From: Octopus sinensis
Lineage: Eukaryota
Assembly (NCBI RefSeq): GCF_006345805.1
Contig: NW_021834293.1
Location: 1 to 49,600 of the forward strand
DNA length: 49,600 nucleotides
Reading direction: 5' to 3'
Made by a program: the position numbers and the translations under genes. The notes under the pieces were generated by a model. It worked only from the letters and a program-made list of their open reading frames with translations, searched no databases and was not told the origin of the DNA. Each line of letters starts with the position of its first letter. Positions within the stretch are counted from its first letter, which is position 1. This document shows positions 40,497-49,600 of this stretch, piece by piece.

Positions 40497-40811
40497 TTTA
40501 TACATAAGTATATCTGTATGTACATGTATATATGTACTTGTGTGCATGTGTGTGTGTGCATATGTGTGTATGTGTGTGTATACGCACACGTACACACTGA
40601 GACCTTCCCATTCGGCATCAGTATCAGAATGTGATGATAGCAAGATAAATGACTATTTCTGTGTTATATCGGTGCATTGCTGTCATTTCCGCTGCATTCT
40701 TCCTCGTTGAGGGAGGCTTTTTATATTCTTTTAAATGTTTTCTTATCCATTTACGCACGACTATACGCACATTTATACACCCACTGACAGACACATATTC
40801 ACACGCACATT

Positions 40812-40853
<42 letters not shown>

Positions 40854-40857
40854 TGTG

Positions 40858-40911
<54 letters not shown>

Positions 40912-40991
40912 GCATGCATATATTCTGATTAATATTTAAATAATCACACTTAAATGCCATCACGGATATACATACGCATACATATCACATA

Positions 40992-41026
<35 letters not shown>

Positions 41027-41084
41027 ACGTAAATAGATACACATATACATGCATATATGTGTATATATATCTATATATATATAT

Positions 41085-41117
<33 letters not shown>

Positions 41118-41311
41118 GAAAGATATTTATATGTATATATAAGTGTGTGTGTATATATGTATATATTGATATATATGCATATATACTTATATATATGTAT
41201 GTATATATATATATATATATAGAAAGATATTTATATGTATATATAAGTGTGTGTATATATGTATATATTTATATATATGCATATATACTTATATATATAT
41301 ATATACATACA

Positions 41312-41363
<52 letters not shown>

Positions 41364-42446
41364 TATATACATATATATATATATATAATATATATATATT
41401 ATATATATAATATATACCTACACACACACTCATATATATATATCCACACACAAATATATATATATATCCACACACACATATATATAGAAGCATACTTGTG
41501 TACCTGCGACCTTTTTGCATCTATCTTCTCTCACATATCGCCATCATCACCGACCATCCTTCTCCAACAACAACAACAGCAACAACAACAGTCCTAGTAC
41601 AATCCGTGCTACTACAATCCCCCCATCCTCCCCTCTCACACGCGCACAACTTTTCTTTAACAGGTCTTTCGCTTTTTTCTCCGCCACTCTCTCCTCTCTC
41701 TTCTCCGCTCTTTTCCTTTTACCCCTATTCATCCAACATTAAGGCCAACCCCTTTAAATACTTTCAAACGCTCAAGTCAGTACATGTCTTTGGCACATCG
41801 TTAGCGAAGTAATATAATGAAATCTTCAAAAGCGAACGAGGTGACGTAACGTTTCGGAGACCGCTGTCTGTAAACTTCAGTGCAGACTACTTAGGCTCCA
41901 AAACACAGTAGAACGATATTCCGTTACTTTTTGATTTTGTTCATATTCATCCTGTATCTTCCAAATTTCGGTGCATCTCATCTTAAACGTAACAGAGTTT
42001 GCATCCTGAGCTAAATTTGTTTACGTCCTCAAACTTAAAAGAAAAAAATTCGATGAAAATCTTCACGAGACCTCGAGTTGTCGCGCTGCTGCTGTCTTCT
42101 TCGTCTTCTTCTTCTTCTTCTTCTTCTTCTTCTTCTTCTTCTTCTTCTTCTTCTTCTTCTTCTTCTTCTTCTTCTTCCAGTCAGGACTCACGGCATTAGC
42201 CACAAAAAATAATCTCTAATTCGAGCCTACTCTAAGCTACTAAGAATGCGTCTGGCAACTTGAAAATCCACCCACCACACACTATAGACTGGTGCTTGCA
42301 CGGGCGCGAAAGCTACGTTGTTATCCTCATTCCGTGAAAGGTGGCGAGCTAAACCATCCTGGGCTACAGAGGATACGTAATCTAGTCTAGGGTCTGAAAG
42401 TTTACCACACCATAGTTGGTTACACCATGGTTCCTCTGGTTTGTAG

Positions 42447-42644
42447 CAGAAGTAGGAAAAAAGAGTGAGAGAAAGTTCTGGTGAAAGAGTACAGCGGGGT
42501 TCACCACCACCTCCCGCCGAAGCCACGTAGATCTGAAAAGTGTTTTCAGTCAATAAACACTCACAATGCCCGGTCTGAGAATCGAAACCGCGTTATTACG
42601 ACCGCGAGTCCACTGCCCTAACCCCTGGGCCATTGCGCCTCCAC
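42447..42644 (-). mobile_element. SINE family C, 5' part
   Basis: Complete tRNA-like head (minus: gtggaggcgcaatggcccaggggttagggcagtggactcgcggtcg...ggtttcgattctc). Confidence 0.85.
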
Positions 42645-42929
42645 CGCCGCTGCTGTTGATGTTGTTGCCATCGCTATGGCAACATTCTTGTTGTTCCTTA
42701 CCTTCGGTTCTTCCTTCTCCGCTAGTCGTTCTCAACTGGTCTTCTTACAATCCTTGGCAGTCTATTTAAGAATTTTTAAAATTAGAATTTATGTGCAATA
42801 ACTTGCATATACATCTTCAACAAAACAAATACCTTAAGAATTCCTTATACAATTCCCAATAATACAATAGTACCTCGGTTAACGAACGCCTCTGATCACG
42901 AATAAATCGTGCTTTATATTATATATATA

Positions 42930-44351
42930 TAGGGTTGTCCGGAAAGTTCGTGCCCATTCACAGTAGCTTACCTTTCGACTTATTTTAGAACATGGTTGAG
43001 TCCATAAAATAGGATTTGACTACACCTTCATTTAGAGCAGAGTTTAAGCTATCTTTTCGTGGAAGAAGGTTTATGTTCCTATAACCTGTGTTAATTCTGT
43101 AACCCTTTAAAATGGAAGATAAGAAAGTTCATTTTCGGCACTTGATGCTTTTTTTCTTTCTGTAAAGGGAAAAATGCCTCACAAGCAACCAAAGAAATAT
43201 GCGCAGTTTACAGTGATGTTTCTTTATCCAAAAGAACTGGACGAAAGTGGTTCGCAAGTTTCTGAGATGGAGATTGTAGCCTTATTGATAAAGAGCGATC
43301 AGGCAGACCATCCATTACAGATGATTACCAAATCAAGTCGTTAATTGAGAATAACCCACATTGCACAACCCGAGAATTAGCAGAAAGCCACAACCTATCA
43401 AAATCCGTCGTTCATGAGCACCTGATAAAGCTTGGGTACACAAATCGCTATGATGTTTGGGTACCACATGAGTTGAGTTTTGGATCACATTTCCGCCTAT
43501 GATTCGCTTTATAAACGGAATGAAAACGCGCTTTTTTAAAGCAATTTGTGACAGGTGATAAGAAATGGATTACCTACCGAAATGTTGAGAGAAAGCGATC
43601 CTGGTATAAGTGACATGAGCCACCCTTAGCTACCCCAAATGCGGGTCTTCACCCTAAAAAAATATTGCTTTGTGTCTGGTGGGATTGGAAAGGAATTTTG
43701 TACTATGAGCTTCTCCCAAGTAACCAGACAATTAATTCTGAGAAATACTGCACACAACTGGACGAGTTAAAAGCAGCAATTCAAGAGAAACATCTAGAAT
43801 TGGCCAACAGGAAGGGTGTTGTTTTCCAACATGATAATGCAAGACTGCACGTTTCTTTGGGAACCAGACAAAAATTGCTGCAGTTCGGCTGGGATGTGTT
43901 ACCCCACCCTCCATATTCACCAGATATTGCTCCTTCGGATTTCCACTTATTCAGGTCTGTGCAGAATAGTCTTAATGGTAGAAATTTCAATTCCTTGGAT
44001 GACGTAAAAAGATACCTTGATGAATTCTTTGCCATGGAACCACCTCAATTCTGGGAAGTGGGTATTTTCAAGTTAAAGGAAAGATGGAGACGCATTGTGC
44101 AACAAAATGGTTCATATTTGGTTGATTAAAAATGTAACGGCAATTATTTATTGACCTTTTTCTTTCCTTTAAAAATCTTTGCCATGAAACCACCTCAATT
44201 CTGGGAAGAGGATATTTTCAAGTTAAAGGAAAGATGGAGACGCATTGTGTAACAAAATGGTTCATATTTCGTTGATTAAAAATGTAATGGCAAGTATTTA
44301 TTGACCTTTTTCTTTCTTTAAAAATCGGCACGAACTTTCCGGACATCCCAA
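42930..44351 (+). mobile_element. Mariner (DD34D, mellifera-subfamily-like), near full length
   Basis: TIRs gggttgtccggaaagttcgtgcc and ggcacgaactttccggacatcccaa|TA; 150-bp internal tandem duplication at the 3' end. Confidence 0.95.
43112..44129 (+). pseudogene. Mariner transposase pseudogene
   Basis: MEDKKVHFRHLML..KGKNASQATKEICAVY..KWFASF*DGD..ERSGRP..WVPHEL..TGD..LCVWWDWKGILYYELL..HDNARLH-(D34D)-YSPDIAPSDFHLF..GSYLVD*. 34 residues lie between the second and third Asp; several frameshifts and stops. Confidence 0.95.
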
Positions 44352-44352
44352 T

Positions 44353-44396
<44 letters not shown>

Positions 44397-44409
44397 TATA
44401 ATATATATA

Positions 44410-44447
<38 letters not shown>

Positions 44448-44844
44448 CACGTTTATTCGTGATCAGAGTTGTTCGAAAACCGAGGTACTACAGTGTTTAA
44501 TTCTAAGGATATAATGGGTTTCTTTTAAAACATCAAATTAGGGATCAAAGGGGGCCATAGATTAGAAAGCTTGAGAAACATTGGCATAGGCTTATGATCA
44601 AGGGTAATCTATAATCGTGCGAGCCTGCGATCAACGACACTCCAGTCATGAACATTACATCTCTTTTGTATTTCTAGGATTTCACATCACACCCGGTTCC
44701 GGAATGATTCCTGGTAACAGCTTTCATAAGGGTCATTCGATTCTCATAGAAGTTTTCAAAGGGCCTTCCTCGGGCTAATTTGATCTGGTACATAGATAGG
44801 TGGGCGTGAGGAAAAGATCCTGGTGCTAAGGATATCACAAAAGA

Positions 44845-44987
44845 CCAGATTGGGGGCCCAGCCTTTCAAGTTCTTTTACAGGGCTTATAAAAACGAAGGA
44901 CTGCTGCAATACGTGTCTGAATCTGTTAAATAAAATCCTCCTGTATTTTCTTTTACCAAAATCCAGGAAATTTTCAGCATCACCTCG
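44845..44987 (+). mobile_element. Second mariner family, right-end remnant
   Basis: Ends ccaggaaattttcagcatcacctcg|TA; shares ttttacagggctta...aagga...ctgcaata...gtgaatctg with 45175-45230. Confidence 0.55.
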
Positions 44988-45106
44988 TACACACACACAC
45001 ACACACACTCACACACACACACAAACACACACACACACGCACACACACAAACATACACACATACACACAAACATACACACACACACATTATATATATACA
45101 CATAGA

Positions 45107-45260
45107 CGAGGGGTGCTCCAAAGTTTTAAGAGTGTCACGAAAGCCCTGGCTGGAGGTCCAACCTTTCCAAGTCTTTTTACAGGGCTTAGAAAAACTGAAG
45201 GACGGCTGCAATAAATGTGTGAATCTGGGAGGGGAATATGTTGAATAAACTCACAATTAA
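45107..45260 (+). mobile_element. Second mariner family, internally deleted remnant
   Basis: Starts cgaggggtgctccaaagtt (TIR-like) and encodes FLQGLEKLKDGCNKCVNLGGEYVE*, a mariner C-terminus. Confidence 0.55.
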
Positions 45261-45283
45261 CTGATCCAGATAGAGAGATAGAG

Positions 45284-45321
<38 letters not shown>

Positions 45322-45322
45322 G

Positions 45323-45357
<35 letters not shown>

Positions 45358-45369
45358 ATAGATAGACAG

Positions 45370-45418
<49 letters not shown>

Positions 45419-46067
45419 AGCAAATAGACAGGTAGACAAACAGACTGAAAGATAGATAGATAAATAGATAGATAGATAGACACAGAGAGGTAGATAGAGA
45501 CAAAGACAGTGAGAGAGAGGGAGGGAGAAGGGAAGAGATATAGATACAGGCAAATAGATAGATATCGATATTGTCAGAGAGAGAGAGAGAGAGAGCGAGT
45601 CGTGCATAGAGTTCTAGCTTTCGATATATAGATGTATTCCAAGAGATTTCCTGTATTCTTAGTGGTACCACTAAAACGTTAACGAGATGGTCATTTAGAT
45701 CACATAAACAATGAAGCATAATTGGTTTTATTTGTAATTAATGACCACTTTATGATGTTGATTAGCCATAATGGTCTTCAGAGGTGATCATCTGATCATA
45801 AGCCGCAAATGACATCGTTGATTTTTCTTCATAGTAATGCTGTAGATGTTCGTGCTGGGTCTGCATATAAAAGCCATGACTCAGCTGCAGGCAGCCATTT
45901 TTCTCAACTGAAAATCATCGCAAATTTATGAATATTTGGTGGTCAAATCTGCATAAAACTATTTTTAAAAATTTCATATGTATTTAAAAGAAAATAAAGG
46001 ACTGTATGAATAGACACTATGAAGTCTACAAAAATCATAAAAGAAAATGCCAAAATTGACAAGAATT

Positions 46068-46411
46068 CGTGGCATTCCGTCGGTAACGACAACGATGAGG
46101 GCTCCAGTTGATCCGATCAACGGAACAGCCTGCTCGTGAAATTAACAAGCAAGTGGTTGAGCACTCCACAGGCACGTGTACCCATAACGTAGTTCTCGGG
46201 GAGATTCCGCGTGACACAGTGTGACAAGGCTGGCCCCTTGAAATACGGGTACAACAGAAACAGGAAGAAAGAGTGAGAAAAAGTTGTGGTGAAAGAGTAC
46301 AGCAGGGTTCGCCCCCCCACTGCCAGAGTCTCGTGGAGCTTTAGGTGTCTTCGCTCAATAAACACTCACTACGACCGTGAGTCCGCCGGGCCATTGCCAT
46401 TGCACCTCCAC
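46068..46411 (-). mobile_element. SINE family C, near full length, with 11-bp TSD
   Basis: tgacaagaatt at 46057-46067 and 46412-46422; head partly deleted. Confidence 0.9.
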
Positions 46412-46487
46412 TGACAAGAATTATACTACTAAAGTAAGCTAAATACAACCAAGGAAAACTAAAGATAATTATATTCGTCTAAAATTT

Positions 46488-47252
46488 TGGCACAAGGCCG
46501 GCTGTTTCAGGTTCGGGATATGTCAATTACATCGACCTCAATTCTAACCTGGTATTTATTTTAGCGAACCCAAAAGGATAAAACGTAAAGTCGACGATGG
46601 CGGAATTGGAATTCAAAACGCAAAGAGAAATGAAATCCCGCTCAGCATTTTGCCCGACGCGACAACGATTCTGCCACCTCGCTGCCTTACTAACAATAGT
46701 TATAATTCTTCTCTACTCTCGGCACAAGGTCCGAAATTTGGGGCGAGGGGGCCAGTCGATTTCATCGACCCCAGTTCGCAACTGGTACTTAATTTATCGA
46801 CCCCGATGGTATTGCTCCCGGTAATGATAGTGGTGATGGTAATGGTGGTGCTGGTAGCAGTGGTGGTAGTGGTGGCGGTGATAGCGGTGGTTTTAGTGTT
46901 GATAGTGGCATTGGCTCTGGTGGTGATGGTAGTAATGATAGTGGTGGTGTTGGGGGGTGGGGGTTGTATTAGTGGTATTGGTGTTAGGGTGGTGGTGCTA
47001 GTGGTGGTGATGGTGCTACTGCTGAGGGGCGGGTATTTGTGGTGGTGGTGGTGGTGGTGATGATGGCGGTGGTATTCTTTTAGGGGGTATCAGTCGATTA
47101 GATCAACCGCAGTATGCAACTGGTACTTAATTTATCGACCCCGAAAGGATGCAAGGTAAAGTCGACCTTGGCGGAATTTGAACTCAGAACGTATAGGCAG
47201 ACGAAATACCGCTAAGCACTTCGTACCGGCGTGCCAACGTTTCTGCCACCGC
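46488..47252 (-). mobile_element. Family-B SINE group (three pieces) around a (GGT/GAT) tract
   Basis: Copies at 46488-46688, 46706-46805 and about 47080-47252. Confidence 0.85.
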
Positions 47253-48039
47253 TAAGGAGAATTACAGAGAGATAAAGAATAAAGACAGCTTGTTGTTATC
47301 TGTGAGTTGCATTTAGGATACCTGCCTTGATGTCACAGTTTGGCTGGCGTTCAATGCATTCATTAGATACGTATGTGTGTTCGTATATAGATATATGTAT
47401 GTATAAAGGTATTTATCTATCCATATACAATGGACGTATACCCTGTGCATGTACACATACCTATTTGTATATAGGAATGCAAAAGTATACAGACATATAA
47501 GATGTCTGTAACGGAATGCAATAAAGTGTTCCCCTGATAGTCCACTGCGGTTAGACATCCAAATGCAGGTGGGAAATCCCATACGGTGTTCCAGGTAACT
47601 GCAATTCTGAAACATACGTAGGAAATATTAATCTATACTTATGTAATCTTAATTTTCCTGTAAATGTAAGCACACACATATATGTATTTATGGATGTATG
47701 TGTTCAAGTGTTCTTCTTCTTCTTCTTCTTCTTCTTCTTCTTCTTCTTCTTCTTCTTCTTCTTCTTCTTCTTCTTCTTCTTCTTCTTCTTCTCCTTCTTC
47801 TTCTTCTTCTACTTCTTCTTCTTCTTCTTCTTCTTCTTCCAACCAGGACTCACGACATCAGCCACAAAGAATAAGTACTAGGCTTACAATTAATAAACTC
47901 GGGGTCGATTTGTTCAACTTAACTCGGTGCTCCAGCATGGCCGCAGTCAAACAATTAAAAGAAGTAAAATAGTAAAATAATATTTCGTTTTTGGATTTGG
48001 TTTGCAAGATTCTTTATATGAGTTCGTGTGTTGAAGCAT

Positions 48040-48318
48040 ATTCTTTTGTGTCTGGGGAGAGTCTTTTTGTGCCTTATTATGTACCACACTCACTGGTAAA
48101 ATTTCCACTTATTTCTTATTTTTATTTTTCTTAAATTTTCGTTGCGTCTTGCAACCTTTTCGATAGTTTTGAGTCAAAAATATTGTAAAGGTTGCAAGAC
48201 GCAACAAAAATTTTAGAAAAATAAAAATAAGAAATACGTGGAAATTTTACCGGTGAGTGTGTTACATAATAAGGCACAAAATAGAAATTACTCTCCCCAG
48301 ACACGATAAAATAATATA
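48040..48318. mobile_element. ~270-bp fold-back palindrome (MITE-like)
   Basis: gtgtctggggagag...cgttgcgtcttgcaacctt pairs with aaggttgcaagacgcaac...ctctccccagacac; apex ttttga-G-tcaaaa at 48173. Confidence 0.85.
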
Positions 48319-48770
48319 TATAGGTATATTCTTTTACTTGTTTAAGTCATTAGACTGCGGCCATGCTGGGAAGTCTTCGTGAATTATTTTAGTCAAACGA
48401 ATCCACAAGAGTACTTTTCTTTAAAAACCTGGTACTTATTGTTTGGCAAGTAACAATAAATTTTAACAAAACAGGATACGATTAGGAAATCAACAAGTCG
48501 AAACAGGACAATCATAGAACTGGTCAGCAAGATAACACGACAACGATAGATTAATGCGGAAATTAAGTACCAACGATATTCCGATTATAATAATGAAGCA
48601 GATCCATGACATTGTAACGTATATACACACGAATGTACTACTTGCAAATTATGTAAATTTATTCGGATATATCGAAAGAATAGCAGCTCACACGATGAAA
48701 CTTGATAGGACTAGGCTTAACTTCAACGGACACATACATCAACACACACACACAGAAGTACATATATATC

Positions 48771-48858
<88 letters not shown>

Positions 48859-49600
48859 TATAATATATATATGTGAAATAGAAAGATGAATAATCTGTTG
48901 TAGATTAATCAAAAGTTAACCGATACCTTAGTAGCAAAAATCACAGCAGTAAACAGCACGGTTGGAGGTACAACCATCTGGCGTTGCAACCGTGCGTTGG
49001 TGCGGATAATTGTGAAATTAAAACATTATGGTGAATTGAAGAAATGGAGCTGAACGCAGATTGAACAGAAATCGTTTTATTTCATTCTACACGTGTTTCG
49101 AAAGGCACAAATTACCAAAATCCGATTGAATAATGGGACCATATTGTGTCTTTCTCTTCAGGAAGAAAAAAGGAAATCCGTTAGAGAAACAAAAACAGAA
49201 CAGAGGCGGAGCAAAAACCAAATCGAACTATGCTCCTAAGAGCCCATGGCGAAACTCGATAGTTTTGAGTCAAAAATATTGTAAAGGTTGCAAGACGCAA
49301 CAAAAATTTTAGAAAAATAAAAATAAGAAATACGTGGAAATTTTACCGGTGAGTGTGTTACATAATAAGGCACAAAATAGAAATTACTCTCCCCAGACAC
49401 GATAAAATAATATATATAGGTATATTCTTTTACTTGTTTAAGTCATTAGACTGCGGCCATGCTGGGAAGTCTTCGTGAATTATTTTAGTCAAACGAATCC
49501 ACAAGAGTACTTTTCTTTAAAAACCTGGTACTTATTGTTTGGCAAGTAACAATAAATTTTAACAAAACAGGATACGATTAGGAAATCAACAAGTCGAAAC
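48160..49600 (+). repeat. Exact tandem duplication, period 1,096 bp
   Basis: 49256-49600 is base-for-base identical to 48160-48504 and runs to the window end. Confidence 0.95.
49085..49164 (-). ncRNA. Minimal type I hammerhead ribozyme motif
   Basis: Minus strand: UUC-CUGAAGA-GAAAGACACAA(loop)UUGUGCCUUUC-GAAA-CACGUG-UA-GAA. Stem I is 3 bp plus 4 bp after one mismatch; stem II is 10 of 11 bp; palindromic stem III (ACACGUGU); GUA triplet. Confidence 0.8.

Larger units (their letters stand above)
42865..44493. mobile_element. Tigger/pogo-like MITE arms enclosing the mariner copy
   Basis: tagtacctcggttaacgaacgcctctgatcacgaataaatcgtgcttt (42868-42915) is the near reverse complement of aaagcacgtttattcgtgatcagagttgttcgaaaaccgaggtacta (44444-44490). 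Confidence 0.75.

Noticed and set aside
41845-41883. Minus-strand CTGAAGT...GAAACGTT hammerhead-like relic
   Set aside because: A9 is substituted, the base of stem II is unpaired and stem I does not pair.

Overview
A 49.6-kb AT-rich eukaryotic window, densely packed with microsatellites. It looks intergenic or intronic. The microsatellite load and SINE repertoire resemble an octopus (coleoid cephalopod) genome; this is recognition from memory, not a database result. No host protein-coding exon can be supported, and nearly all ORF-track entries are translations of simple repeats. Recognisable elements: three tRNA-headed SINE families (about 30 copies, several stacked at reused sites), two decayed DD34D mariner copies, remnants of a second mariner family, a piggyBac-type MITE, a Tigger/pogo-like MITE, two fold-back elements, and fragments of R4/Dong-like, RTE-like and Penelope-like (RT plus GIY-YIG) retroelements. 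Main discovery: six minimal type I hammerhead-ribozyme motifs from at least five unrelated sequence families (8222, 19864, 25759, 27267, 38948, 49085), all with a self-complementary stem III. One lies at the 3' end of the Penelope-like copy and carries an A3-U8 compensatory swap of the C3-G8 core pair. The other five lie about 95-210 nt upstream of element ends that abut (TA)n tracts. The tail of one of these elements also forms the long inverted arms of a MITE-like element at 34.05-34.45 kb. The window ends in an exact 1,096-bp-period tandem duplication that breaks near the apex of a long hairpin.
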